A DNA stretch of 64,000 nt from Eledone cirrhosa (lineage: Eukaryota), in contig OZ024740.1 in the NCBI GenBank assembly GCA_964016885.1, positions 41,912,001 through 41,976,000 of the forward strand, written 5' to 3'. The notes beneath the pieces are model-generated. The model saw only the letters and a program-made list of their open reading frames with translations. It was not told the DNA's origin and did not search any database. Below are positions 1 through 16,063 of the stretch, piece after piece. A program made the translations under genes and the position numbers. The number at the start of each line of letters is the position of its first letter. Position 1 is the stretch's first letter.

Positions 1-2298
1 ATCGTGCTCCTCACAAATACGGAAATTGACAATTCCAGTGCTTTATGGGTTCGATTTAAGCATTCGCTATCTGAGGATTACCTTCAAATAGAAAAAAGGG
101 CTACCAGAAACTCTAACCTTTTGATTAGCGAGAGACATTATGATCAATGTCTTCTGTATTTTGAAGACAAACTTAACGACCTGGGCAAAAGTTTTAGTGA
201 CTTTAACTTGCCAAGGCCAAATAATATTGTTGCTAATCAGGATAGTGGCAATTTGGAGTTATTGCATGAATTGCAATACAGCAGAGAAGAGCAGCGACGA
301 TTTGTAGAAAAGACGGAGCCTCTATTGAATAGTGAACAAAAACACGTGTACGACTTCGTTTGTAACAGTTTAGAGACGAACACATCTGCATTGATTTTCA
401 TTGACGCTCCAGGTGGAACAGGAAAGACATCCCTGATTAACTTAATTCTTTCAAAAGTCAGGGGAAACGGTGACGTGGCTATTGCTGTTGCGTCATCTGG
501 CATTGCCGCAACACTGATGCCTGGTAGAAGAATAGCGCATTCTAGGTTCAAAATACCGATAGTAGTGAAAGAAAATGGTCTGTGAAACGTTGATAAAAAC
601 TCAAAGACTGCAAACCTCTTCCAGCATACAAGGCTGATTGTTTGGGATGAGTGTCCTTTGATTCGGAGGAAAAGCTTCGAAATTGTTGATTCACTCTGCG
701 TGACATATGCGACAACAATGAGGCATTCGGTGGAATTTTGACAATTTGCTGTGGCGATTTCCGTCAGCTTCTTCCGGTAGTGAAAAGGGAAAATGAAGTC
801 GACGTGGAAAACGCCTGCATTAAAAAATCCTACTTATGGCGAAGCTTCAAAAGATTTCAGTTGAAGACAAACATGAGATTGGGTAGGGGAGCAGGAGACT
901 ATTCACAGTTCCTATTGGATATTGGAGAAGATAAGATAAAAAAAACTGAAAATGAGGAAATTATTTTGCCAAAAGAAATGGAAGAATGTATTGATTTCAT
1001 CTACCCCTCATTCGACAATCCAGCTGAAGTGTTTTCGAACAATTGCATCTTAGTACCTCTCAATGAAATGATGAGAAGCATCAAATCCACCTGTATAAGA
1101 TGCTTCTATGGAACCATAAAAGAGTACCGATCCTATAATTCTATGAGTGATGGTGCCAATGGCACTCATTTCCCGACTGAATTCCTTGATTCGGTTGAAC
1201 TATTAGGACTGCCACTACATAACCTGGAATTGAAAAAAGGATCGCCAATAATTCTTATGAGAAACCTGAATCCTCCAAGGCTTTGTAATGGAACGCGCAT
1301 GATCGTGGAAGAACTGCACGACAATCTCATAGTAGCAAGAATCAACACCGCTGCTTTCAGAAATGAGATCGTTATGATACCTAGAATAAGAATTAATCTA
1401 TCCGAAGGTGAGGATATCCCTTTGCAGCGAAGCCAATTCACAGTTCAATCGTGCTTCGCTATGACTATTCATAAAGCACAAGGACAAACTATGGAAAACG
1501 TCTTGGTTTATCTGGAACGACTTGTATTCCAACACGATCAACTGTATGTAGCCCTTAGCCGCGGAAAACGAAAAGAAAATGTCAGAGTGTTTCTGAAGGA
1601 TACCCAGTCAACTAAGAATGTTGTTATCAAAAGCATTCTTTTGAACAAACTGTAACAGCGTAAATATGAGAAAATGTTGATTCCGATGTCAGAAAATGAA
1701 AGGAAAAGGAAAAACTAAGACAAGTAAGAATAATTTCTTTCAAATTTTTGTCAATAAAACCAGCTTTTCATTAACATTGCAACTTTTTAAGCAGAAAAAT
1801 CTTTCAGAACAAACAGTCAAGCATCCATAGAGATATAGAAAAAAGAATTTTGAAGTGGAGTGATTGGATAGCTATTAGTGAAAAATGATTTGATATTTTA
1901 TTTGTGAAAATACTTGTGAATAATACAGTGAAAAGACAAGTTTCGCGTAAATCGGACCACGGGATCCCGAGATACGCAGGTTTTTTCGGGTACCTTTATA
2001 AGTAGCCAAAATCAGCGCATAATGGAAAAATTCTTTGAAAGTAAGGTACCATTGAAATGTGAATACAAACGCAGATAGTGGTTGTGAGAGAGAGAGAGAG
2101 AGGGGGAGAGAGCTGGTGGTGTTGTTGAATGAAATTATGACAGGTGACTCCAAAGAATTGAATACAGTATTACTGTATCTAGCTTGAATTTGGTGACTGA
2201 ATATTAAGTTATATGTATCTTATAACTTGTGTTAGGACAGGATGTATGTGTGTGTGTTTCTAACCAGTGTATATAGGCCACAGACACCCACACACACA

Positions 2299-2337
<39 letters not shown>

Positions 2338-2479
2338 GTACATATATACACACACACATACACGTATATACATATTGGCTTTCCAATGTCATTTTACATT
2401 ATATACATTTTGTGTATATTTTAATTATTTAAACATTATTTTTAAGTGAACATGACCCAACGGGTCATGGGTGGTCTAG
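1..2479 (+). mobile_element. Helitron 3' portion (RepHel helicase, 3' UTR, terminal hairpin and CTAG)
   Basis: Pif1-type helicase ORFs at 4-1655. A hairpin CATGACCC-AAC-GGGTCATG (2451-2469) is followed 6 nt later by CTAG (2476-2479) and a host T, the canonical Helitron 3' terminus. Confidence 0.88.
4..1655 (+). pseudogene. Disrupted Helitron Pif1-like SF1 helicase
   Basis: Motifs FIDAPGGTGKT, AVASSGIAATL, IVWDECP (about 637-657, past the TGA at 583), GDFRQLLPV, LKTNMR, LMRNLNPPRLCNGTR, FAMTIHKAQGQT and QLYVALSR. There is an in-frame stop at 583-585 and a frameshift near 690-740. Confidence 0.92.
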
Positions 2480-3049
2480 TTATTAACTAAAATCAGTATA
2501 ATTAATAATGCACTGATTAATGATGTTTCTTTTTTTTTAAAGAAATTGACACACAATTTATTAAATTAGTAGAAGTCTGCACGTTTTGTGGAAGAACACA
2601 GTTGATCAAATAGTTTGAAATACATGACAGGAACATATATCGATTCCAGAAAGACAAAAAGGAGAGTCGATCCATGTAATATTTCAGTAAAAACGCAATG
2701 TAACTAAATGTAATGTAGCCACATACGTCGTTGTTCCACTCACTTCTGGTTCTGTCATTTTAGAAAAGTATAATTAGAAGTTAAAGAGCTGCAGATGTTT
2801 GTGTAAAGATGCCGTCAGATTACCAATTAAAGAACTAGTAATTCTCATTCTGGTTCTGGTACAGCATCTAGTTGTAAGTAAGTAAACAAAGGAACCTATA
2901 CGTGGCCGATCAGCCCGGAAGAAAGAATAGTCAAATCTTACTCAAACCACAACATTGCGTATTAAAAAGGAGGACATACTAGATGAAAGTTTTAGATAAA
3001 TTAAGTATAGAAATAAGAGACGAAATGGTCACAGCTGGAATGTTTTTTC

Positions 3050-3765
3050 CAGCAAGACTGCTGTATAATAATGCTGGAATGAAAATCAGTGCTGCGAAAG
3101 CTGAGACGATCGTATCGTCCTCTAAAGAAAGCCGACGCAGTGCACGCTACACGTGAATAGAGTTCCACTGAAGCAGATGGAGAAGTTCAAGTATCTCGGA
3201 GCTGTGTTCACGAATAATGGAAGGCAGGAGGGTGAATTAAGTGCAAGATCTGCTAGAGCTGGTGCAATAATGCACCAACTTCAGCATTTGGTAATCAGAA
3301 GAAGGTGTAAAAACCAAACTCGCTATCTTCGTGTCAACCCTTACTTATAGTCATGAATCTTGAGTAATAACTGAAAAAATATAATCGCGAATACAAGCGG
3401 CCGAAATGTAATTCTCCCGAAGGGTCTCGATAGAGTGCGTAGCTCGGAGATCAGAGAGTCACTCCAGGTAGAGCTGTTAATTCTCCGATTTGAGAGTTCA
3501 CAGCGCCGATATTACGGGCATGTGATTCGAATGTCTCAGGAAAGAATCGCTGGGCAAATTTTACAGGCAAAATCAGCCGGCATGAGACCCATAAGTAGAC
3601 CTCGAGCAAAATAGTTAGATAACATCTATGATCTCGGCTGGTCTTGCTTGGGGATTCAACCGGATCAATTGGAGACGGTTGCTTCTGGCAAAACCCGCTG
3701 GAAGGAGTGTTTGAGGACTCTCTCCCATGACCCTCTTAGGGATAATTGAGCGAAGAAGAAGAAGT
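3050..3765 (+). mobile_element. RTE-clade (Expander/Rex3-like) LINE, decayed 3' RT remnant
   Basis: Translates in broken frames to LKQMEKFKYLGAVF, IQAAEM, RVRSSEIRESLQVE, YYGHVIRM and DNIYDLGWS. It ends in a (GAA)n tail. Confidence 0.8.
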
Positions 3766-4807
3766 AGTACCGAGATTGTAATCACATCACAGTATTGGTT
3801 TGTCAGGTGTTTTATTCATGCTGTTTAATTTTGTTTAACACTGTCTGTTGCTACCTGACACTATCTGGTGTTGTCTGCTGCTATCTGACGCTGCTTGACG
3901 CTGTCTGACGTCACCTGACGCTGTATCGCGGTGTCTGGCTTTGTCTGATACTGCTTGTTGGTATCTGATACTGTCAGATACAGCCAACTTTGATCAATTT
4001 CTTTGTTCATACAAACATCTGTCAAGTAAGTGTACCCAATACAGTTAAGAATTTGTATTTTACTTCTCTTATCAACCCATTGTGTTATTTCAAGCTGCTT
4101 CTTCCACAGTTTATACCTTCCTCGAGATACAGTTATAATATGCCATTCCCATTCCTCTATAATTTGTGGACTCATGTGAAATTAATCCTATAGAGCTCCC
4201 GCAATGCATTACCACGTAATATTTATTTGAAAATACAGAGAAAAAATGGCCGACCTTGTGACTGATAGGCTAACAACCTATCAATGCAATGAGCTGCATT
4301 TACAGCTGTATGTTTGTTTCAAATCCCTGCTAGCAGCATGAGTAAGCATGACTAAAAAAGCCAAATCAGCTGAGTAATGATTGGCTATAAATAAATATTT
4401 CTCCGGCAGCAGAAGACAATTTCAGTCACCTAAGAAACCATTTGATTGAGCACAGCCGTAAGATTTAAAAACAAATGTTTTCAAGAACCACTACATATAG
4501 AAAGGAATGCTGATATTAGCGCCGTCTAGCGAAAAATCAAATTCGACTTCAAAGTTATTTCGTTTATATAGTAAATAGGCTAGGAAGAGAAATAGAAAGA
4601 TAGATACACTTACACACATGCGCATGCACTTACACACTAACACACACTTACAATCACACACGCGTGCACAGACACACGCACGTACAAACACACATACTTA
4701 TGCACCCATGAACACAATTTCATACAAACACGCACGCATGCACGTACACCACTTATATACAAACATAAGACAAGCGCGCGTGCACACACATACACTCACA
4801 CACACAT

Positions 4808-4854
<47 letters not shown>

Positions 4855-4899
4855 CGTGGATGTGTGTTTTATGTTAATGTGTTACATTTAAACCCCAAA

Positions 4900-5580
4900 T
4901 AGGAGCAATGGAGTCAGCATGACTGAATGATTGAGAAGTTTATATCACAACCATGAGGTGGAAGAAAACGAAGGGGAACAACAGAATTACAAGATCATCA
5001 AAGGAAGAATGGTTGTGGCCCAGGGATCATGCACCACAACCATGTTTCTCTGGTTATAAACGTATGGAATTAGCCAGGATCAATTGTGCCACGCAAATGG
5101 AGATGTTACATAGGAGAGTAGATCTGGTTGGAGAAATCTGGTTTATGATGGTTGTGATCATTTTGCGATCAAAAAGATGGAACATTCGATAGGTGATGTA
5201 GAATCAGTCCCGGGACTTATCCGGTTGGAGCATGTCTGTAACATCTGCGGAAAGGTTGTTCTTTCTCGTGTCAGGTTTGCTAGACATTTAAGAGCTCACA
5301 GCAATCAGCAGTCTGGGGCCGATTATTTTGGTGTCCTCCCTGAAAGGCTTGCTTGATATTTGTGGCAGTTTTACCACAAAGCCTGTAGGTCTACTGCGGA
5401 ACTTAAGCGGCACATGAGATTGCATAAAGAGGAAGTTACGTTCAGAACTGTCCGAGAGCTTCGTCTGTGTCACATCTGTAAAAGAGTATGTAGGAGTGAG
5501 GCAGGTTTGCGGAGTCATTTGCAGGCTCATGGACGTTTAGCACAACGTTGAAGAGATGACCCTCTATGGGGCACCATGTA
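4900..5580 (+). mobile_element. RTE-type LINE 3' remnant with C-terminal C2H2 zinc fingers
   Basis: Three frameshifted C2H2-like units: CNICGK..RHLRAH, C..CRSTAELKRHMRLH and CHICKRVCRSEAGLRSHLQAH. They follow decayed RTE-like C-terminal sequence. Confidence 0.55.
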
Positions 5581-6382
5581 TTGAAAACAAGACTGTGTTA
5601 TATTTTTATTTTAAACATGTTTCTTTATCTGTTCTTTACACATTGTTGGTAAAGTGCTTTAGTTAATCATTGTTTCTAGATATTCACTGTCTTATCTGCT
5701 GGAAGAGGTGGCTGGTTTTGGGGTTGCTGTTTTATAACAAGTAGCAGAAATGAGTTAGGTGTTTCATTTGTGGTGACATTAGCGACCGGCTTCAACCTTT
5801 TCTTTCTTTTAGAGAGACCCTTTTGTTAGTGACCAGTGTATGTTATCTGTGTGTTTATTTTAGCACAATGTTATGTTATGCTATTAATATCGCATCTATC
5901 ATGAAATATCTAGTTTTATGGGAGTTCTGTACAAAATGGTTGTGTTGTTTTTTAATGTTTTCTTTCCTCGTTCTATATTGTATAAGAGAATGTATTGCAA
6001 GCTTCCGGGAAAATGTAATTGTGTGGCAAATGTAACAGTTAAAAGCGTGAAGTTTACTATTTTCCTGTACGTAAGAAACTTTGTAAACAATATTAGTAAT
6101 TAATAACATATTCGGTGGCTTGCGTGTAACTGGTTTGTTATTGATGATATTTTAAATTCTATTTTAGTATATTTTGCATTGAATTGTTAGTGCCAGTTGA
6201 AGATCGTGTGAAATACATGTAGTTTATATATATATATATATATGTTATATATATATATATATATATATATGTTATATATATATATATGTATATGTATATA
6301 TGTATATATATATATGTACATATATATATATGTATATATATATGTACATATATATATAACATATATATATATATATATATAT

Positions 6383-6419
<37 letters not shown>

Positions 6420-6452
6420 CATATATATATATGTACATATATATATATATAT

Positions 6453-6746
<294 letters not shown>

Positions 6747-6918
6747 TAGTGAAAGAGTGAACAAAACATGGTCGGCTGTACAAAAAGGGTTTTATTTACA
6801 GTATTAACAATTGTTTCATTGATCAGGTGAGTCTAAAGGCCGCTGTAATAATAAACGCGAAGAGTAAAATCCGTTATGGGTGAAAGCAGCGATTCTTTGT
6901 TTAAACTTTAATCTGTTA

Positions 6919-7460
<542 letters not shown>

Positions 7461-7483
7461 TATATATATATATATATATATAA

Positions 7484-7584
<101 letters not shown>

Positions 7585-8889
7585 TGTCACCCTTATACTG
7601 TTTTTAATCAATCAAGGGCTTTAGTCGATTATATTGATATCTATTTCAATAATCTTTATATATCGAAGGGAGAAGTTAATTTTAAGCGAAAACTAATGAA
7701 AATAAATGCACCAAATTCCACTGGCACACACACAATCACGTACCCCACCACACACATGTGTATTTACGAAATTCTCCCACATTATCAAATTACATTCAAG
7801 TCGTCAGCCCAAAGCTACAGTAGAAGGCACTTGACATTATACCACGCAATAGGATATATATCCGGAATTACTAAGATTTCTAATCTAACATACTATATGG
7901 ACAAATATAAACAACTGACTATTTTTATGTGTCAGTCGACAGAAACACAGGGCTTGAAATGACTGGTTTCGTACCTAATTTGAGTCTTCATCAGAGAAAA
8001 CCTACTATACCTCTTCTGTCTATGGAGTAATGTATTTAATAAGAGTCATCTAAACTATAATAAAGTAAGGTGTGCGGGACAGCGTCCAGAATATATTTTT
8101 TTTTATCCCGTTTGTAAAATAAGTTGGATTACTTTGAATAAATAATGAATGAATATTACATAATTTATCACCTAAATTTCGTTATTCTTGATTAAATATA
8201 AATAATTTTGTCGCTTATTTTAAGATCCACTTCTTTAAAAAGTTTAAATGTCAACACTTCCGGTTAGCGATCGCTTAAATAAACAGTCTTATATTTCCGT
8301 CAATGGATTACGTTACTGATTACATAAGACAGTGTAACGCAGTCTTCGTTCAATTTCTGTGTATATTGTCAATTACGATTTTATTTTATGTATCATATCT
8401 ACATGTATATATACTTGCGTATAATATCAATATGCACACTACACATGCTAGCAGAAAAACACACGAAGGGTGGTTTTTCTGCTAGTTATATATAAGGATT
8501 CCTCTAAATAGGTTCGTTCGTACTTTCATTGACAAGGTAATTAATTAACTAACGATGGACTGAACAACGTATGTTTCATAGTTTTAAATGTATAGGAAAG
8601 TATATTTAATTATTCGGCATTTATGTAAAAACCTATATACTCATATGCGTATACAAATACGCCTAACTGCACACATGCATATGACAGAACACTTAAATAG
8701 GTTATACAACTCAATACATACACTTATACATAGGAAATAATAAAATAGATGCAGAGAAATAAATGTACATGAACACAAGTGTAACTATATACACAGATAT
8801 ATACTTATCACAAATTCAAAAGTAGATTTAAATACATACGCACAAATAATATACACACACAGCACGTTTATGTTGGGTACATGCTATAT

Positions 8890-9290
8890 GTTTGGTCTGA
8901 AATACCCCTGATATCCTTCTCCACCAGCGTATATTTCCTTTTTGACCTTCTCAAGTGTTGATGTCAATGTTTTATTCAGTACATCTTTCAAGCAATCTTT
9001 ATATGCTTTTCTTGACTTACATCGTAAGCACTTTCTCTGATTCATCTCCTCACCATACCGTATTTGTTTTCACAATAGAATATCTTCCAGGCCTACTATA
9101 CTACGACACTATTGTCGTAGAAGACATTGTTTCAATACCGTACATATAACATTTAACAAAGAAGTTTGCTATCGCACTTTTGTATCAGACACATGAGGTT
9201 TCTAAGAGATTCTCATAATGTTTTGCAAGCATTACCGGTTGAAACAGTTTCGTCACTAACGGTGTTTTCTATATGCTGTCCATTCCTTAC
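8890..9290 (-). mobile_element. Highly decayed RTE (BovB-like) LINE 3' remnant
   Basis: Broken minus-strand frames resemble the RTE C-terminus: GIETM, VGLEDILL, ..YKDCLKDVLN, NIDINT*E. Confidence 0.5.
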
Positions 9291-9409
9291 AGCAATATAA
9301 TATACTGTATATAGGGAATAGGAAATCTATACTGTAATACAACTGTACAAACGCCAACTATACACACTTTACCTATACACACTTTAATAGTACAAATACA
9401 TCCACTGTA

Positions 9410-10648
9410 CATTCTTTAACTGTAACAAATCTTGAATTATAATCTTTAACTGTTACAATCTTTATCTATTATAATCATTAACTATTACAATCTTTCACTA
9501 TGATCTTTAACTATTACAAACTTTAACTATTACAATCTTTCAATATAATGTTTAACTATTACAATCTTTCAACATAATGTTTCACTATTACAAACTTTAA
9601 CTATTACAATCTTTAACTATTACAATCTTTAACTATTACAAACTTTAACTATTACAATCTTTAACTATTACAATCTTTAACTATTACAAACTTTCACTAT
9701 TGCAAACTGTAACTGCCACAATCTTTAACTATTACAAACTTTAACTATTACAATCTTTAACTATTACAATCTTTAACTATTACAAACTTTCACTATTGCA
9801 AACTTTAACTGCCACAATCTTTAACTATTACAAACTTTAACTATTACAATCTTTAACTATTACAATATTTAACTATTACAAACTTTAGCTATTACAATCT
9901 TTAACTATTACAATCTTCAACAATTACAAACTTTAACTATTACAAACTTGAACTATTACAAACTTTAACTATTACAATCTTTAACTATTACAATCTTTCA
10001 CTATTGCAAACTTTAACTGTCACAATCTTTAACTATTACAAACAATAAATATTACAATCTTTAACTATAACAAATCGTTAATTATAATCATTAACTATTA
10101 CAATCTTTCAATATAATTGTTTCTACTTTTGGCACAAGGCCAGCAATTATCCCAGTGTATTACTGGTACTTTATTTTATCGACCCCGTAAGGATGAAAGG
10201 CAAAGTTAATCTCGGCGGGATTTGAACTCAGACCATAAAAGGCCATAACTCTTTGCTGCAAAGCATGGTGTCTGATCCTCTACCGATACTGCCAATCCAC
10301 ATATAATGTTTAACTGTTACAATCTTTAAAACTATTACAGACTTTAACTATTGCAAACTTTAACTATTACAAACTTTAACTAGGTTAATTTTGCCTTTCA
10401 TTCTTACGGGCAGTAAGTAATGGGGTCGATCTAATAGACTTTCCCTACCTTCAAATTGTTGGAATTGTACCCAAAGTAGAAACAATTATTACAAATTTTA
10501 ACTATTACAAACGTTAACCGCTACAAACGTTAACTGCTACAAACTTTAACTATTACAAACGTTAACCGCTACAAACGTTAACTGCTACAAACTTTAACTA
10601 TTACAAACGTTAGCTGCTACAAATTTTAACTATTACAAACTTTAACAT
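9410..10648 (+). repeat. 17-bp minisatellite (CTTTAACTATTACAA[A/T]..), interrupted by SINEs
   Basis: Dozens of tandem units such as TTTAACTATTACAATCT, with recurring variants (CACTATTGC, CTGCCAC, ACCGCTAC). SINE insertions lie at about 10117-10300 and 10380-10490. Confidence 0.92.
10117..10300 (-). mobile_element. tRNA-derived SINE, family 1 (Meta-domain-like)
   Basis: Reverse complement of the family consensus seen at 31989-32180. Confidence 0.85.
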
Positions 10649-10844
10649 TAAAATCTATCCTCCGTCAGTTTAGACGATGTGCATTCAGTGTTTCGATCAA
10701 CCAAAAACCCAAGTCGAGAATTAACGTATAAATGGTTGACTATTCCACAAACACGTGCATCTTTAACATAATCCTTAAGTCGAGGTAGCGTGACACAATG
10801 TGTAACATGGCTGAAACTTTGAATTAAAAGTACCATCCGGGTTG

Positions 10845-11008
10845 ACAGACTTCCATACAGTTCCCGTCTACTTAATTTCTCTCATGTGTCCTGGGTCGAC
10901 CCGAAGCAACGGTAAAGATACTTAACCAACATGCTGTGCAGTAAGATCAAACCACAGAACACTTGATTACGAAGCTAAATTCTGAACAACTCAACCATGT
11001 CTGCGCCA
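10845..11008 (-). mobile_element. Old tRNA-derived SINE, family 2 (CORE/OR-like)
   Basis: Degenerate match to copies at 37463-37612 (+), 37706-37850 (-), 45810-45965 (+) and 57300-57460 (-). The pattern is GGCGCAG..TGGCTG head, then GGTCGACC..GTAGACGG.AACTG. Confidence 0.6.
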
Positions 11009-11274
11009 GTAACGTTCGTTAACGTCAATGGTGTCTGTGTGTGTGTGTGTATGTTATGATAATGATGGGCTGACTAATACCTTAGGAATTTAATGACGGG
11101 TCAGGTATCGGGTGATTACAGAAGCCAAACAACAAAAAGACGAGGAAAATCATGTCACTCTTACCTCCCTACAGACAACTGACGCTGCACTCCAGGTCCG
11201 ATCACAGAAGATCCGAACTCTCACTGTCATCGCCTCCATCTCTCTCACCCTCCCCACCTTTCTGTATTATGAGC

Positions 11275-11460
11275 AAATGGGGTCCCACGTGCTGGCCGCC
11301 CCACGGCCCCGGCGGACAGAATGGTGAAGGCGTTTCTCCGGAGGAGGGTAAGGGAGATGCGCTGGAAGAGTCATTCCATCTCGTGAGGCTCACACTCGTG
11401 GCTAGCCAGCTCAGCGCCTATGGTGGTAAGTAGGGAGGTAATCATAGGACCAAGCAAAGT
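11275..11460 (-). mobile_element. CRE-clade non-LTR retrotransposon 3' fragment
   Basis: LLTTIGAELASHECEPHEME*LFQRISLTLLRRNAF, homologous to 39350-39510 and 62740-62895. Confidence 0.8.
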
Positions 11461-11735
11461 AGGGGAATGATATGGTTTTCCAGAGTCTGCCTTTTTAACA
11501 TTAATAACTATAAACAAAATATTTAAGTTCATGGAAGCTACAAAACGATTCAACAATAGAAACGTTTATAGTCTTCTCTTGTTTTCCATTTTCTCTTTAT
11601 CTTCCTTTTTTATGCTTTTTTTCCCGTTGGTCTTCCATATTTTATTTATTTATCTGTCTATCTTTTTTTTATTAAGATACCCCCTCCAGTCTGCTATGGC
11701 TAACTCTCCCGCTCCCGTTCTTTATATATATATAC

Positions 11736-11930
11736 GAGAAAGTATGACCCCGACGGCAGAGCTCAAGCCGTTTCGACGGCTATTTCTGGACTAAAGTTTA
11801 GTCCAGAAATAGCCGTTTCTCCTATTACCTATTCTACTACCCCAAGTATTGAGTACTCAATACTTAGGGTAGTAGAATGGGTAATAGGAGAAACGGCTTG
11901 AGCTCTGCCCTCGGGGTCATACTTTCTCCT
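11736..11930. mobile_element. Nested fold-back copy of the half-hammerhead family (family B)
   Basis: Outer inverted repeat GAGAAAGTATGACCCCGA..TCGGGGTCATACTTTCTC encloses two internal palindromes, centred at about 11795 and 11855. TA tracts flank it. Confidence 0.8.
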
Positions 11931-11997
11931 ATATATTTATATGTATATATATATATAAAGTTTCACAAAAAGCTGAAATTCTTATTGTCACTCTCTC

Positions 11998-12071
<74 letters not shown>

Positions 12072-12072
12072 T

Positions 12073-12106
<34 letters not shown>

Positions 12107-12309
12107 AGAGGTACTTAATACCTTTATATGTATATTTAAATAGATTAAATAAATAAATGTATAGATAGATACAGAGTAACAATTCAAATAATATCTCCAA
12201 TTTAGCCTCAGTGTCATTAACATATATACACATACATTCCCGCACAAACATATATACATACATACATACATACATACATACATACATACATACATACATA
12301 CATACATAC

Positions 12310-12342
<33 letters not shown>

Positions 12343-12865
12343 CATACACATACATATGTACTCATACAAACCTACACAGATACATATACATACCTACATA
12401 TACTAAGGGACACTTGCCTATATGCACAAGTAAATACAGTCACTCACAAACACATATATATATAAATATAAATACAATATATATATATATACATAGACCC
12501 ATACATACCTGCTTACACACACAAACGCTAGTCACTTAACAACACACAAGTATATATAAATATAAACACATACAAACACACACACATGCATCCACTCTCC
12601 AATGGGTATATATGTTCAGACATACAAATACATACAAGAATACATATAATAAAATGACATATTACTGGCTAACATTCTATACAAGTTTGTATTGAAATTC
12701 TCAAAGGTCTGTATGCATGGAGTCCTGTGAATTTAACTACGCACAGTTATATGTACATGCATACCAATGGACCAGTTAAAAGGTAGACATAGGGACAAAT
12801 AGATGTTAAAGGTGAATTTTCCAGATGAATTTACATATATTAGTGTACATATATTTAACACGACT

Positions 12866-12948
<83 letters not shown>

Positions 12949-13286
12949 ACTAGATGAATTCAAATCAAATGTAAACTTTTACAGGATATTAGGCACCAGT
13001 ATACTCTGTTTATGATTCGTTTCCTCACATGCACTTGTATGTGTAGAAGTAAATACTTAATTGTATGTGTATATATATATGAATGGACTGGTATGTATCT
13101 GTACATGAATGTGAAAAATAGACGTGATTTAAATAGTTAGAGTATATATGTATACATGCGTCTATATGTCTATATACATATATGTTTACGTGTAGGTATG
13201 TATATATGTATATATCAATATAAAGAAAATATGCTATAAATACACATCCATCTGTATCTTCCTCTCATCTCTCATCTTTCTCTCTG

Positions 13287-13374
<88 letters not shown>

Positions 13375-14228
13375 CACACATATATATAAATACATATACA
13401 TATACATATACATACATATATATATATATACACACATATATATAAATACATATACATATACATATACATACATATATATATATATACACCCATATATATA
13501 CACAAATATATAAAAATACATATACATATATAAACATATATATATATATACACCCATATATATACACAAATATATAAAAATACATATACATATATAAACA
13601 TATATATATACATATATAAATATACATGTATATACATTTATATATGTGTGTGTGTGTACGTATTTTGTGCACATATTTTCTTCTTTAATTATACTGTGTA
13701 TATATGTATACATATATACCCTATATGTATACATATATGTATACATATATACCCTATTTACATCGGATCTATTTTACTCACTCATATATGCACATATACA
13801 CACCTTGCTATACATATGCAAATGCCAATAACCGCAGTCAAATGACTGAAACAAGTAAAATAAACAAATTAACTAAAATACACAAAGAAAATCTAATCTA
13901 AATTTCATATTTATCTCTCACTAAACAAAGATGAAACTTAAACAACACACGTCTGATAATCCATAAATATATATAAATTAACAGAAACGCTTTTCTATGG
14001 GAATTCCGATAATATTTTAAAATATACACTAATTTAAATGTCTCCAAGTATTTATCCATTAACTCTGTCTTCCAGTGTTTAATTGTGTGAGGAATCTGTA
14101 AGACACAGTGCCGGGGGTGGGGTACTCATGAGTAACAGGCAACCGGATCAGCCTTAATGAACGATTAATCTCTACTAAGGTATTCAGTACTCATTCTCAT
14201 GTTCACCAATACTAACAAATACACACAT

Positions 14229-14347
<119 letters not shown>

Positions 14348-14399
14348 CACACACACATATACACACATATATATGTATATATATAAGTTTATCCCAGGT

Positions 14400-14577
14400 T
14401 CAATCGGGGGTAACCACAGTAAGTAAGGTACTCAATACAAAGCAGAGTATAAATATTTAATATAGAAAAGCTTCTACAGGACTAGAACTGTTTCATTTGG
14501 AAGAAATCTTCTTTCTGATGATTTCTACCGAATGAAACAGTTCTAGTGCTGTAGAAGCCTTTCTATATTAAATATAT
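14400..14577. mobile_element. Short fold-back module with a hammerhead core at the turn-point
   Basis: Arms at about 14453-14511 and 14517-14575. The right arm begins CTGATGA-TTTCTACCGAAT-GAAACAGTTCTAGT(G/C). The 5' strand of stem I is missing. Confidence 0.65.
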
Positions 14578-14951
14578 GTATATATATATCGGAGGCACAG
14601 AAAGCCACCCCCCTTAATAACGGATGGTCCATCTGAAATATAGGGACCAATGAATATTTCTAAAGTAACATTATCTGTGTTTCTTTCTCTTTCCTTTTCT
14701 CTTTCTCTTCTCCCCCCCCCCCCCCACCTCACTTTTCCATTTCTTTACACAAATTTCTTGCTTCACTATTAACAACTCCATCTCCATTGTAGCGGTTTCC
14801 TGAACACAACCAATTTCCATATTTTGCAATGCCTCAAGCAAACTACAACTACACACACACACACAAGCATATATATATAAATATACATTTACATATATAT
14901 ATATATGTATATATATATGTGTACGTGTGTATGTATATATATATAATAATA

Positions 14952-15131
14952 ATAATTGTTTCTACTTTTAGTCACAAGGCCAGCAATTACCCAGTACACT
15001 ACTGGTACTTTATTTTATCGACCCCGTAAGGGTGAAAGGCAAAGTCAACCTCGGCAGGATTTGAACTCAGACCGTAAAGGGACGTAACTATGCTGGAAAG
15101 CATGGCGTCCGACCCTCTGCCGATACTGCCA
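14952..15131 (-). mobile_element. SINE family 1 (Meta-domain-like)
   Basis: Full match to the family consensus, flanked by (ATA)n. Confidence 0.85.
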
Positions 15132-15173
15132 ATAATAATAATAATAAAATGTGGAGAAAGAGCACACGAGTTG

Positions 15174-15276
<103 letters not shown>

Positions 15277-15825
15277 AAAATAGGGAGGAAAAGACGATTA
15301 TTAGGAAGAAAAATATATTTTTTTACCTTTTATTTTTTTCTCTTTTTTCTGGGTTAGAAAATGTTTAAAACAAAATATTTTACTTTGTGTGAAGTATTAA
15401 GGTATTAGTTAATTTATTTATTAATTAACAATGGCATTTATTTATTTATTTATATATTTAATAATTGTCTATTACCGGTTTCAGCATTTTATGCATTATC
15501 AATGGGGGGAATTTGTATTGGTGTAAAATGTTGGTGATGTTGAACATGTTAAGGACATGGTGAAGAATGTTATTTACAAACAAGGTTTTTGAAGTGAAAA
15601 GAAAAAAGAAAAAGAGGAGGGTATTGTGGAACATGATAAGGTAATGGGAAAGAAAAAATAATATTATTTACAAGCACAGATCAGCATTAAAAAATGTGTT
15701 ATTATGGCAAGAGTGTTTAGTTGGTCCATGATGGAGGCAAATGGTAGTCTGGGGTTTGATATGATTTCCCTTTTTAGAGAGTTAATATGCAGGGGGAGGT
15801 ATTTCAGGGTGGTCTGTATATATAT

Positions 15826-15899
<74 letters not shown>

Positions 15900-16032
15900 A
15901 GACACACACACCCATATATACATATATACACATACGTACACACACAACACATACATACATATATATACATAAGCATACACATAGACACATATATATACAT
16001 ACACACGAACATACATATACACGCACACACAT

Positions 16033-16063
<31 letters not shown>

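Noticed and set aside
4-1655. Host PIF1 gene
   Set aside because: It is intronless, disrupted by a stop and a frameshift, and followed by a Helitron hairpin-CTAG end.
5230-5551. Host C2H2 zinc-finger gene
   Set aside because: The fingers are frameshifted, lack TGEKP linkers and follow LINE-like sequence, so they fit an RTE C-terminus better.
7940-8000. Further CTGANGA words near 7990 (-), 17195 (-), 28397, 35320/35710, 39097 and 61075
   Set aside because: Stem I, stem II or the GAAA half could not be formed convincingly. They may be decayed HHRs but were not counted.
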